From the NCBI RefSeq assembly GCF_009914755.1, contig NC_060931.1: DNA of 64,000 bases; one strand, written 5' to 3'. The position numbers were made by a program, and so were the translations under genes. This DNA is from the human T2T-CHM13v2.0 reference genome, Homo sapiens. The notes under the pieces are model-generated. The model worked only from the letters and a program-made list of their open reading frames with translations, was not told the origin of the DNA and searched no databases. This document shows, in pieces, positions 51,617-64,000 of this stretch (position 1 is its first letter; every line of letters starts with the position of its first letter).

Positions 51617-51917
51617 ATGGGTGCAGTCGTTTATACTTGTAATCCTAGCACTTTGAGAGGCTAAGGCAGGAGGATCACTTGAGCCCAGGAGTTCAAGACC
51701 AGCCTGAGCAAAATAGTGAGACCCTGTTTCTACAAAAAATGAAAATAAAAATAGCCAGGTGTGGTGGTGCATGCCTATAGTCCCAACTACTGAGAAGGCT
51801 GAGGCAGGAGGATCACTTCAGCCTGAGAGATCAAGGCTGCAGTGAGCCATGATCACACCACTGCATTCCAGCCTGAGCGACAGAGCCAGACCATGCCTTA
51901 AAAAAAAAAAAAAAAAA
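51617..51917 (+). mobile_element. Alu, AluJ-type dimer
   Basis: Dimer; TSD-like AAAATCTAACTCA / AAATTCTAGCTCA. Confidence 0.92.
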
Positions 51918-52084
51918 TTCTAGCTCAATTAAGTCTGTGCCTCCAGAGGTGGGCCTGCGGAGTCAGATCTCAAATCACAGAGAGAGCCAACACTAACTAC
52001 ATTGATTACACTGAGGTTGAGGATCCTGCTTCTACTTTTTTTATATCCCTCTTCCTACAATCCCTAAAATGTCTTCAACCCTTC

Positions 52085-52429
52085 TGCTTGGGCTGCCATA
52101 TAAAGTACCACAGGCTCGGTGTTCTAAAGCATGGAAGTCCCAAATCAAGGTTTGGCAGGACTAGTTCCTGGTGAGGACTCTCTTCCTGGCTTGCAGACTG
52201 CCACCTTCTTGCTGCACCCTCACATGGCCCTTTCTCATGCTACCTATGAAGAGAGCATGTGAGCTCTCCAGGATCTCTTCTTATAAAGACACAAATCCTG
52301 TCAGATCAGGGCCCCACCCTTATGACCTCATTTAATCTTAGTAACCTCCTTACTCCATATATATCCATATTGGGAGTTAGGGCTTCAACATATGAATTTT
52401 GAAGGAATACAAACATTCAGTTTATAGCA
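52085..52429 (-). mobile_element. MaLR solo LTR, MLT1A-like
   Basis: TGCTTGGGCTGCCATA..GGTGAGGACTCTCTTCCTGGCTTGCAGAC..GGGCCCCACCCTTATGACCTCATTTAA..TTAGGGCTTCAACATATGAATTTTG..CATTCAGTTTATAGCA. Confidence 0.85.
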
Positions 52430-53212
52430 CCCATAAATAAGCAATTATTCCTATTATTCTGTAATTGCTAAATAAAACCTCTTCAAATTGTTGACTCTCT
52501 ATGTTGAAAGGTCTGTCCTGCACAAATTATCCCTGGGTCCATAGTCCAACAGGACAGAGTTTATAGAACAAAGGAAAAGTGAGCAGTGACACCAACATCA
52601 GTCTTCTAAGCAAACATTTCATGGAGAGAGCAGAATTTTTACCTTAGGTGAATTCATCTGAAGCTGTTTCAACAAATTAAAAGAGCAATTAGAGCTCCCT
52701 TTCAAAGGCTTAGACCCCACAGCTATATGAAAACACATCTTCACTGTGGATACTGGAAAATGAACACAGCAGTGACATCACAGGCAGTCAAACTCATATA
52801 ACAAGGAAAGCTACTTTAAAATTTTGAAACACAGTACTTTCTGCACATAAATGACAAACTAAATTCAGGCTGTCCAGACTCAACTTCTACCAGTCCAACC
52901 TCTAATCCTGAAAGGAAACCTCACAAAGGAAATAATGTTTGGCTTATAGAAGAACTTACATAATGATTTTCTGATTATAAAAGAAATGTATGCTAATTTA
53001 AGAAATTACTAGAAAGTATGAAATTAAAAATAAGCCATCTCCTCAATTATAATAATTGGTTGTAAGAACATTACAGGTAATGTGTATGCCAATTCTTCAC
53101 CTCTGATAAGTATTTTCCCATTTTAAAACTCATTACAATAATTTCTACATAGTGTATACATGATATTGCCTAACCTGGGGCAAAGAACATAAATATTTAG
53201 TCTTCTGAATCA

Positions 53213-53598
<386 letters not shown>

Positions 53599-55039
53599 AA
53601 ACAAACTGGAGAAGGGGCAAACCTTTACTATGTGTGCAATTTTTTAGGAATCCTCAGATCTTAATGTTTTTCATCCAGACTACTGGAGAAAACCTCAGAG
53701 GTTTCTTCTCTCTTCATTCTTTATAGAACTGCCTGTTGATGTTTTGGGTTTTCGTATTTCTTTGAGACCCTGGCTAACCCCTGAGCCTGTTATCAAGGCA
53801 GCTTTACAAGCTCCTCAACCAACTTTGGCTACCAGAGGAGAATGGAGAACAGGTTCTCTCCTCTCCCCACAAAGTGAATAATGTTTCATCCAGGATCTCG
53901 GTTGGGGCTATTTTCGGTTGCCTTATGTACATGCATCCCCACGTTCCCAAACCTGCCTACTTCTGGTTGCCAACAACGGATGAGATTATTCCATTTTGGA
54001 GAAAAAAAAAAATAAGACATAGAACCAAATCTCCACGTTTCTGCTTAAAGACTTCAGGGAGAAATTTTTGGTTAATGTCCAATTGATAGTCTAATAAACA
54101 GCAAATTTCTTGGTTTAGGAAAATGTTTCACAACTTGGGAGATAAGTTGTTAGCAAATTCAACCAGGAAAACTTACAAATTTCATATCCAGAAGGGTTCT
54201 CACCAACCACCCTCCCACGAGGGGGCACAAATGGGGGAGGAGAACAAATACACATGTGTTAGTAGTTTCCAAAAGCCTCCCATGTAAATGTCATGCTCTC
54301 CCCTCTTCCTCACTCTCCCGTTTTCTTGAGAAACAGCCATGTTTTCGTTCATTGCTAAGTGACAGATGCCTGTCCAGATTTAGTTGCCTTCCCGCTTCCA
54401 TAGAGATGCAAATGTGATCACTGATTAAGGCAACCTGGATCTCGAACCTCTCTACAACGCGAAGGACTGAGCTAAAAATAAAGGTATGGGTTCAATTCCA
54501 CTTTCAGATCTGCGTTCAAGGCTAGTTGATGTGTACAGCTCCAAGCCAGGTTCCCAGTTGTAAGTTATTATATACCATGTACCACGGTTTTAGGGCAATT
54601 CAGATGAAATCATCTCTTATCCCCCTACCTCCTTCTCTGTCACCAATACCCTGCCAGAAAAACTACACTATCCAGTAAGCTTTGTTATTGCAATACTTTC
54701 AAAGCAACTACGAAATCACTGTCCTTATGAAGACCACAGTACACTTCTCAATGGTGAAGTGGCATCTTCTATAGACCCCTTTCCACCCACCTACCCACCT
54801 TCCTGTCCTGCTCGTTTCTGAGAGTGGTCATCTCTCAACAGAATTAAAAAGATGGGGTGAAAAGAGAAGGATTACAGATGCTTCCGGCAGTAAATGGCGT
54901 GCTCCAAGTTGGATGTATTGACCTGGTCTCTAAGCTGGTGACAGAGAGTGGGGAAGGGGCAATGGGTCTTCCTGTCATCTTTCCAGTCATTGAGGCCTCT
55001 CTGTTTAATAAGGGAAAGCCAAAAGAAGCCACCAATAGG

Positions 55040-55297
55040 TTTTTTTCTCTTTTTAATCCAGCTTTATTGAGGTATTGTTAACTAATACAAATTGTATATA
55101 TTTAAGTTGTACAAACTGATGTTGATATCACCTTAAATATACACACATACATTGTGAAATGATTACCACAATCAAACTAATTAACTATCTAGCACCTCAC
55201 ACAGTTCCCTTTTTTTCCTGTAGTGAGAATACTTAAATCTATTCTCTTAGCAAATTTCAAGTATACATTATTGTTAACTATAATCACCACGCCGTAC
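55040..55297 (-). mobile_element. L1MA-type 3' terminus
   Basis: CAGCTTTATTGAGGTA..ATTGTATATATTTAAG..CATTGTGAAATGATTACCACAATCAA..CTCTTAGCAAATTTCAAGTATAC..TTGTTAACTATAATCACCA. Confidence 0.85.
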
Positions 55298-56099
55298 CAC
55301 TGAAAACCAAGAAAACATTGGTTTTCTTCAACCAGTTCCACCTGCCTTAGGGAAATTTCACGTGAATTTTGCCAACAGACGTTCTGTCAGACTTAGTTTT
55401 CAGTATTATTAATGTTTGCCTCTTTCTGTGAATTTATTGTTATTTCACTGATTAGTTAGGAGAGCCTACATGAGGGGAAGGGAACCTAGTGCCATCATAA
55501 GCTAGAATTCCTTCCTTTAAGTCACTTATTTTTCAGGAGTGCCATAGTATAACTTTAAGAATTCTTGTGGTTCCTAAGAGGTATTATATATTTACCAAAA
55601 AAAAAAAAAACTGTATGTACAAATCTATTGCTTTATATATTGAAGCATTTTTCCATTTTTAGATGGGTGCGTGTTCTTAAATGCTGTTTCAGGGATGTAT
55701 AAATCTTGTTCATTGAAATATTATTCGTGCACTCTGTTTTTCAACATCCTTACTGGGAAATCTCACAAACGTGCACAATCTGGCATGAAATATTTGTTTG
55801 GGAGAAGACTGTCACAGACATAGAAATAACTAATGCCTTAGCTAGGCAACGCCCTAGAGGGAAGCAAGAAAAGACTGTAAAATGTAGTTTACGACCAACT
55901 CTAAATGGACAGCTAATATTTCTTACTTGAGAATCCTTTGTACCCATATTAATAAAATGCCTCGAGATGACTGCTGTTTGAAATTTGGGGTCTGTCATGT
56001 TAAAACTTAGAATGAACAGGCAGACTATACATAATCAAAGTCAAAGCAATTAGCGAAGTCTCATTTAGACTCATTACTTCAGCCTTCACTCCTAAGCCA

Positions 56100-56960
56100 A
56101 ATAATCTTTAATCACACTCTTCAGCACAGAACTTCTCTTTTTTGGTGCAGACTCACTTTCTACTAGACCTCATCACCTGAATGTTTTGCAGGTATCTCAA
56201 AAATTGCAGGTATCTCAAACTCAAGGTGGCCAAACAAAAATCTTCATCTTACATAAGCCTGACCTGCCTAGAAAAAAAAAAAAAAAAAAAAAAGTTGGTT
56301 CTTTTGTTGAATGGCACCTGTATTCATCCAGGCACCCAAGCCAAAAACAGGAAGACATCTGCTATAAATCACGTTTATATGCCCCCAAAATTCACATATT
56401 GAAACTGTAATCCTCAATGTGATGGTATTTGGAGATGGGGGACTTGGGGAGGTAATTAGGCCATGAGGGGGAGCCTTCATGATGGGATTCGTGACCTTAT
56501 AAGAAGAGATGAGAGAAAGCTTGCTTCCTTTCCTCCCCATGACCCCTTCCCCCTACCCACGTGAAGATACAGCAAGAAGATGTCCACCTGCAAACCAGGA
56601 AGAAGGCCCTCACCAGGAACTGACTCAGCCAACACCTTGATCTTGGACTTCCTAGCCTGCGGAACTGTGAGAAACAAATTTCTTTTGTTTAAACTATCCA
56701 GTCTATATTTGTTATAGTATCCTGAGCTAAGACAACATCCTAAACTCCTTCCTTACTTTAACTCCTCATATCTGATGACCAAACCTGTTGCTTTCATTTC
56801 CTAAATATCTCTCAGATCTATCCACACTTCACCATGACAATGACTGCTAACCTGATTCATGGACTTATCTCTCACCTCAGTTACTGCAGTGCCTCTCTTT
56901 ACTCATTTTTATGCCACCTCTTCCTTCATAAATAACAATGTGTAATTTAAAATTCAATAC
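56100..56960 (+). mobile_element. L2 fragment interrupted by the MaLR LTR at 56360-56734
   Basis: GTATCTCAAACTCAA..CCAAAC..TGAATGGCACC..CACCCAAGCCAAAAAC | CCTAAACTCCTTCC..TCCTAAATATCTCTCA..CTCTCACCT. Confidence 0.6.
56360..56734 (+). mobile_element. MaLR solo LTR, MLT1A0/MST-like
   Basis: TG...CA termini; CCCCCAAAATTCACATATTGAAA..CACCTTGATCTTGGACTTCCTAGCC..GAACTGTGAGAAACAAATTTC; perfect 5-bp TSD ACATC (56355-56359, 56735-56739). Confidence 0.9.
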
Positions 56961-57384
56961 TGCTCATATTTCCAAACAGATTTTTTAAAAAAGAACTTAC
57001 TGATAATCTATATATTCTAACAAAAAAATTGTTCTCATCTGTGCATCGACTGCCTCTTCTCTATAGGCTACACATTTTATGTAGCTCTAATCATAGTCTA
57101 TATTTACTCTTCTTTTGTCATTTAACACTAGATACCTGGAATATATTTTTTAAATAGTGTTGTTTATGAAAATATTTCATTTCATGATTGTCTGATGCTC
57201 CAACGTGCTCATAACCAAAACTGATTTAACGACTACATGGTCATGTAAGTTGTTTCACAGACAACACGGCAAGGGACAACTCTGTGCATAAAGTGTTTTG
57301 TTGCTATTGATTTATTTTGTCACATAAACTTTAAGGGGTGGGATTACTGATTCAAACTTCTGCTAACCACTGTCATACTAGGTA

Positions 57385-57625
57385 ACATGGCGTAATGGCT
57401 AAGAGAACAGTTTCTATGCAAGACAATTTAGGTTCCAATCCTAGCTCCACCATTTACAGTATGACCTTAAATAAGTTACTTAATCCCTGTATGACTCAAT
57501 TTCCTGTGAAATATGAGTGATAACTGAATCCTCCTTCATGAGGTATCATGAAGATTAAATGACAATATAAGACAAGCTCTTAGAACTGTGCTTGACATGT
57601 AGCAAGTGCTCCACAAATGTTATTT
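57385..57625 (+). mobile_element. MIR SINE, flanked by antisense old L1 fragments
   Basis: GGCGTAATGGCTAAGAG..GGTTCCAATCCTAGCTCCACCA..TGACCTT..AAGTTACTTAA..GATTAAATGA..TTAGAACTGTGCTTGACATGTAGCAAGTGCTC. Confidence 0.8.
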
Positions 57626-58449
57626 TATATTGCAGTTTCCAATAAAAGTTATATAAAAGTTTCCAAAAGGATCATGATTACCATACATTCCTCAGGGTAC
57701 TGCATATCAGTTTTACTGCAGTTACGTTACCAAAGGCATTCCACTTTTTTGATGATTTTTATTTACTTAGTAGTTACCCAATGTCATCTTGGCACAATTT
57801 TTTTTAAATGCCAGAGAGTCCAAGAGTTGTTCCTGAAGTAAGTTTAAGTTGCTTAAATGAAGCTAGGCTTGGGGAACTTTAATTCCTTATTTTTTTGTCT
57901 TATATACTCTAGCCAAATAAGCATATAGTTCACTTTTTTAATAAAACAAGTTATACAAGTTGCCTTGTCTTTCTAATAATGATCAGCAACATAAAAAAAG
58001 GTACAAAAGAATAGTGAGTGGTAAACCTACAACTGGCAAAGTACCTCAGTAAACCATTATCTTTACTCTTCTGTTATAGTGACCAGAGAGTGTTGTCAAA
58101 GGACATGATACAGAAGAGTCTAATATTGGTCATTATGTAATCCTTGTCAAAAAGGTCCTGGTAGGAAGACATACAAGTACTAAAAGAGAAAACTTACGCA
58201 ATGCATGTGATGGCTTTAAATATTTGTTCCATCTTTAATAAGAAATACTACAGAAGACAGACTTTGACTTAGACTGAAGGAAAAAAGGATAATTAAATTC
58301 TTTGTTAAAATAAACCCACATATCTGACTATCAAAGACAATAACCACCACCACCATCAACTCCTTGCCAATGTCATGAAAGGAACTTCACAGAAACCCAG
58401 TAAGATGTGAGTTGCAGTCCTTCTGGTATCACAAATGTAGCATTTAAAG

Positions 58450-58670
58450 CAGTGTTTTTCAAACTGTGGGTCAGGACCCATTAACAAGTCAATTTAGTGA
58501 CAAGTATTTTTTTTAACGAAAAAGAATAGAACATTACATAGAGTATAAGCAAGTGCTGTTTTAATTATATGTGTGTGGGGTGGTACTGGGGGATATTTAT
58601 ATATATACTAGGTCAGGAAATTAACTATATTTCTTATGGGTAATAGTCAAACAAGATTAAAAGCTACTAA
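58450..58670. mobile_element. MER112-like hAT-Charlie MITE
   Basis: CAGTGTTTTTCAAACTGTGGGTCAGGACCCATTA..TCAATTTAGTG..GAATAGAA..ATTTCTTATGGGT..TCAAA..TTAAAAGCTACT. Confidence 0.65.
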
Positions 58671-59025
58671 TCTAGAGTAAGTCACTTAAACTCTATGAAA
58701 CTGTTTTCTCATCTCTTAAATAGAAATTACCATTCAACTTCAAAGGGTAGACTCAGATAAAATAATTTCACTTTTTAAGTAAAACATTGTATTACTGTGT
58801 TACGGTTACAGCCTTTTAGAAGGGTTTCATTAGAGTTTAATGTTCCTCTGATGTATATATTCACAGCATGAAGTCACTGTGATAGAAACATAGACATATT
58901 GTATCAAACATAACTCAGAAAATGTTGTCTCCTTTTGGAAAAGAATAGAGCTAGAGATAGGAAATCCTAAATTTCTTGAAATTTGTATAATCTCCCTCGT
59001 ACTAGCTACCATAACAGCCTCTAAA

Positions 59026-59056
<31 letters not shown>

Positions 59057-60060
59057 CAAGATCATAGAGGAAGAGCAGCATCTCTATGTGGCTTCAGGGG
59101 CCTTGTGAAGAACTGTCACTTAGGGGAATGACCAAAAGAGGGGAACATTTTTATAGACCATTCCCATAGGAGGCCAGATCAAGAACATAAGCTGCTATCC
59201 CACTGTCTGTATGGCCCTTCGGTGGTATTTTACTGGGAGGTATAAATCATTTCTCTTCTATTCCCACTTAAAGTTTAGAATCCTGTGTCAGGCTCTAAAT
59301 GTCACAAACAATTCCAAGCAGAACATTATTATTTAGCTTTACATGCTATGTAGATACATCATAGGACCACTAATAGAAAACACTTTAAGAAACTGTTAGC
59401 TAAGAAACTACAAAAAACTAAGAGTAAAGGAAACACATCCTTATTACGCTCTATCACACACATACGCTATGATTAAAGCATCTTTCTAAGGAGAAAGACA
59501 CCTAACTATCCTGTATGAATACGAGAAGGTGCATCTTCTTCCACCAACATAGAAGGGGCTTTAAAAAGGAACATGATTCCTACCCAGATGAGTTCAAAAA
59601 CTCCTTCAAGAAAAATAGAATACAGGAATTTATGTGATGACTGAGTGATACTCGCACCACACAATTTATTTTTTAAATGACACTGTGACTTCAGATCAGC
59701 TTGTTCTGAGTTTTGTTTCTTATAAGGTTCATGGATTTTCTGCACCGATCAATCCAGCCCGTGTTCTCCTGTCAAGCTTAACTAAGCTCACACATGTAAA
59801 ACATCTGGCTAGGTTTGAGGGGTGCAGCCTTCAGCTCAGGAAGATGCCATGACTCATCTGTGAATCTGTGCATAAAAGCCTGTTGGACAAATGAACGCAA
59901 AAACAATCTGCAAAGGTCTTAGCTTTCTCCATGAATAATTCCCACCACTTTAAGGCGGGGTGGGGAGGGGGGAGGAATGGGGGGGTGTGCTAACAGATGA
60001 GGACATGCAGGAGGTAGAGGTAATCTGAGGAAATTGGTGAGTATGCGATCAAGAATGCTT

Positions 60061-60710
60061 TAGTCACCATTCTGTGCGATAGATCACTAAAGCATGTTCC
60101 CCCTGTCTCACCAAAACTTTGTACACTTTGATCATCATCTCCACTTTCCCCAACCACCCTCTTCCCCCAGACTCTGGCAACCATCACTTTAATCTCTATA
60201 TTTATGAAGTAAACTTCTTTAGATTGCACATGTAAGCAAGATCATGCAGTACTTATCTTTCTGTGCCAGACTTACACTTACTTCATTTACTATAATACCC
60301 TCCACATTACTGAAAATGACAGGATTTTCCCCTTTTTCAAGACTATATAATATTCCATTGTGTATAGATACTACATTCTCTTTACCCATTCATCTGATGA
60401 TGGACACTTAGGTTGCTTTCATATCTCAGACATTTTGAGAACTGCTTCAATGAACATGGGATAGCAGATATTTCTTCAGCATACTGATTTCAATTCCTGT
60501 GAATATATACCAAGCAGTGGAATTGTTGGATCATATGGTAATTCTATTTTTAGTTCATTGAAGGTCCTCCATGCTGTTTTACATAACAGCTGTATTAATT
60601 TACATTCCCACTAACATGTGCACAGGGTTCCCTTTTCTCTGCACTCTCACCAATACTTGTTACCTTTCATTGTTTTTATACAGCCATTCTAACAGATGGG
60701 AGGTGATATC
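60061..60710 (-). mobile_element. L1MA-type element, inverted 5' segment
   Basis: Antisense L1: CCCATTCATCTGATGATGGACACTTAGGTTG..TTGGATCATATGGTAATTCTATTTTTAG..AATTTACATTCCCAC..CAGCCATTCTAACAG. Confidence 0.88.
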
Positions 60711-61146
60711 CACAGAATGGAGATACAATAAATAACAATGCATTGTATACTTCAAAAGTGCTAGAATGGATTTTAAATGTTTTTTACACCACAAAAATGG
60801 TAATTATATGAGGTGTAATTTGTTAATAGCCTGATTTAATCACTCCAACTGTAAACGTACATCAAAATATCACACTGTACACCATAAATATATACAGCTG
60901 GGTGAGAAGGTGCATGTCAGTAATCCCAGTTACTCAGGAGGCTGAGGTGGGAGTATTGCTTGAGGCGATCAACCAGGAGCTTGAGGCTACAGGCTATAGT
61001 GCACTATGATGGCGCCTATGAATAGCCACTGCACTCCAGCCTGGGCAACAGAGCAAAACCCTGTCTCTAAATTAAAAAAAAAAAAATGAAAACTTAAAAA
61101 ATATATTATTATTATTTGTCAAGGAAAATACATTTAAAAAACAAAC
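60711..61146 (+). mobile_element. L1MA-type element, sense 3' segment with A-rich tail (interrupted by FAM)
   Basis: AATAACAATGCATTGTATACTTCAAAAGTGCTAG..GATTTTAAATG..CACCACAAAAATGGTAATTATATGAGGTG..CATCAAAATATCACACTGTACACCATAAATATATAC. Confidence 0.85.
60896..61086 (+). mobile_element. FAM (fossil Alu monomer)
   Basis: GCTATAGTGCACTATGATGGCGCCTATGAATAGCCACTGCACTCCAGCCTGGGCAAC matches the recalled FAM/7SL-type segment; A tail; AAATATAT flanks. Confidence 0.85.
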
Positions 61147-62133
61147 AAAATGCTTCAGTCACTGCCCATGGAGCTCCTACTAGCCAGAGAGAATCAAACA
61201 AATTGAGAAAGAGAGGAACCAGCACCTCAGTTCTGGCAGCTTGCCAGGTAGCGTTTGCTTACCTCTGATCTTACTTAAAAACCAAGTGAGATATGTCACA
61301 ACAAAAGTGTCTCTGTCATAGCAGTCTCAACACAATGAAGATGTTTTTCTAACCAAAGAACACAGTTAGTTGGAAGAGCTCTACAAAATTAGTACCAGGG
61401 AAGGCTTTAGTTAACACTTGCCCCAGACGCTGGGACCCAGAAAGGCTAAGTGATTTACCTAAGGTTACACAGCTGGCAGCAGTGTCTAGCCCAGAATCAA
61501 GAGCTAACTAGAATCTCCTAAGGTGAAATTGCCTATCACTGTGCCTCTTAACATGATTTCTAAAAGACAAGGTTCCCTGTTCCTCAGAAGTATAACTTCA
61601 TCACTATACCTTTTCCTAAAATCAGAACACTTATGACTGACTTTTCGTTGTTTTAATGAATTTAATCATTCATTAAATGGGACGGTGCCTATACATCAGT
61701 TACGAAAAAGAATTTCCATCTCCGATACATTTAATTACAGATATAAAATTTAACTAATTTTACCCATGTTTACAGTATGCTGCTTAAAATTTAATCATAA
61801 GTATATAAAAGCATAATTATCTCATATATAAATGAGGGTATATAAAAAGTACCTTTGCAGAAATATATAATTTATACTAAAACATCACATATTCTGTTAC
61901 AAAGACTGATTTATTTCAAAGAATGAAGAAACTAAATTACCACTACACTTGGTAACAAAGATCTGTGCCCATAAGATCTTTTCTTTAACATCTGTAAGAA
62001 CTACATGAGAAAAACACAAACATTAACCAAGGTTAAAAGAAAAAACAAACAACTTGCAATATAAGCAGCTATAAACAGTGCCCTCCATGGTGAAAAATAA
62101 AGTCCACACATAAGTATCCTAGCAAAAATTTCA

Positions 62134-62135
<2 letters not shown>

Positions 62136-62169
<34 letters not shown>
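62136..62169. repeat. (AC)17 microsatellite
   Basis: Directly visible. Confidence 0.95.
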
Positions 62170-62171
<2 letters not shown>

Positions 62172-63182
62172 CTAACAGATGGATTCTAAAAAACAGCTAA
62201 GCATTCCACAATCCAAATGCTCAAAAATTAATAATAAAGGTTAATTAACATTCTGGCACATGTGATATTGAGAACAACAGCAGTAATTTGGGGCAAAAGA
62301 CCCTCTCTCTGCTCTCGTCCTTCATCTCATTCAACCTCTTTTTCTCAATTGTGAGCACACCCTTCTGCCTCCCCTACTCTGCAATCAAATCACAACCACC
62401 CAAAACCGAGGTGTCTGCTGCAGCCCAAAACATTTGACTGATAATATCCGGTTTGCCATTCCAGGAAATCCCAGAGTGGTTTTTAAGCCTCTGCCCACCG
62501 CTTGTAAAGAAAGGCAAGAGAGGAACTAATCGATACCAGCACCCCAGCTGTGACCTGGCACATGAAGAAATCAAGAAAATAAATCCCATCCATAATCTGT
62601 ATAATTTAACACTTGGAAGAAAGCAACATCTGGGATCGACTCCAAGCAGGACAGTTTTGCCTGGATGGATCTGAGCTTCCTGCACTGAGTGTTAAAGCCG
62701 CTTAGGAGGCGATGCCCTCGGGTCCCTCACCAGTCCAGCAAAGGGACTATCTTTTTCCCTAGCAAGGGTTAATCTACCTCCCAAAAAAGAGAAGAGTGAG
62801 GAGAACGAAAATAACAACTACTAACATCTACTCCTTGCCAGTAAAGAGGCTGGCAAAGACTCCTCTGACACTTTGAAGGAGGGAAAGCTGGAAACCTTTC
62901 CCAAAGGTGGGTTCAGGTCAAACTATTGTCTTGGTAATTAGTCACAATCCAGAATGGAAGCTAACGTGAAATGTGGGAATGATTTTGTTGAATCCTACAG
63001 TCCTTTCAATGGACCCCAAAGTCCTATCCCCAGGCAAAGTTGGGGAAAAAAAAAACAAAAATCCCCTCGGACTACGACTCCCTGGGAAGGCTTTCCAGAT
63101 GTTTTAAATTGCAGGAAAATGAATTTAGAACATAAGCAGATATCTACACATCACCTAAATCACTAGACCTGTCCTCAATTTT

Positions 63183-63185
<3 letters not shown>

Positions 63186-63216
<31 letters not shown>
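63186..63216. repeat. (AC)15 microsatellite
   Basis: Directly visible. Confidence 0.95.
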
Positions 63217-63218
<2 letters not shown>

Positions 63219-63549
63219 GTACACCAGTCGGCAGAACAGGGCATTATAGGAAATAAAGAGTGTTAGTAAAATCCATAATGCTTTCTGTTAGACCTTCTGG
63301 GAGGTTATAATTGCATTTGGCCGGCTGCAGCCTTGTCGGAGAGCCTGGCTTCTTAATAGTCTCAACCCTAAAAGGAGTAACTGTCAAGGGGCGACCCAGC
63401 TGAAATCAAACAACAAAAACGGGAACTGTAACCCGCCTGAAATGGGAGGAGGAAAAGGAAGGGAGACTCCTGTATTCATCAGTCAACATTAATGTCCTTT
63501 GTTGTTCACCTTTACACAGAACAGCGAGAGCTATCCTGTTCCTTTTTCT

Positions 63550-64000
63550 CCGAACGCCAGTGTCAGGGTATGCTTTCCTAAAAGCTATCTCCCTGCCCCC
63601 AAGAACCAGGCTTTCCGATCCCCCTCCCCATTTATCACTCAGCAGCCCTGTACCGCCACACCGCCCCCACTGCGCTCACCCGGGGTCGAGAGGGTGGCCA
63701 GAAGTAAAAACACTGCTGAAATACCCGTTCTTCTCCAAAGACCAAAGAACCGAGCGGCGCAGATGTTGAAATTTACCAATGCCCCCGCCCCGCAACATAC
63801 ACACCCCATAAATCCGGGATCGCAGAGAGGGAGGAGGGTCAGAGAGGGCTCAGCTTGTCAGAGCGGCTCTCTCCAGGACCCTGCCACATTCCACACTCCG
63901 GGAATGTCGATCCGAGCCAGAGGGAAGGGTTTGCGCCTCCCTACTGTTTTGGGGGTGTTCTCTCTGCCCGAGTGTTGTTGTCTCCCTCTCCACCCAGAGG
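63550..64000. promoter_or_regulatory. Edge/shore of a CpG island, probably promoter-associated
   Basis: Abrupt rise in GC and in CpGs outside repeats (CCGAGCGGCGC, CCGGGATCGC, GTCGATCCGAG); GC box CCCCGCCCC at 63783-63791. Confidence 0.7.

Noticed and set aside
54455-54505. Pol III B-box-like GGGTTCAATTCC
   Set aside because: No cloverleaf or clear A box; at most a decayed tRNA-derived SINE remnant, not a tRNA gene.
56186-56219. 16-bp direct repeat TTGCAGGTATCTCAAA
   Set aside because: Simple slippage duplication inside an L2 fossil. Only two copies and no spacer array; no CRISPR-like structure anywhere in this eukaryotic window.

Overview
Primate (probably human or another catarrhine, since an AluY-type element is present) genomic DNA, AT-rich and repeat-rich. 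It contains about 15 Alu-family elements, many MIR, L2 and old L1 fragments, MaLR/ERVL solo LTRs and hAT/Tigger DNA-transposon fossils. No credible protein-coding exon, RNA gene, processed pseudogene or numt was recognised; the listed ORFs are short and either repeat-derived or consistent with chance. CpG density rises sharply in the last ~450 bp, and non-retroposon A-tracts favour the + strand. The best reading is therefore the 5' part of a long intron of a minus-strand gene whose CpG-island promoter lies at or just past the right edge; I cannot name the gene. I found no support for a novel biological system. The most informative observations are: a twin-primed inverted L1 with TSDs, microhomology and a nested FAM (60051-61162); a ~195-bp non-tandem local duplication (35781-35972 / 36824-37021); candidate cryptic minus-strand exons (6420, 7712-7772, 61263-61348); an Alu population skewed to the oldest subfamilies; and a CRE/ETS/E-box motif cluster at 30.7-32.1 kb. 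Repeat subfamily names come from recalled consensus sequences, and boundaries without TSDs are approximate.
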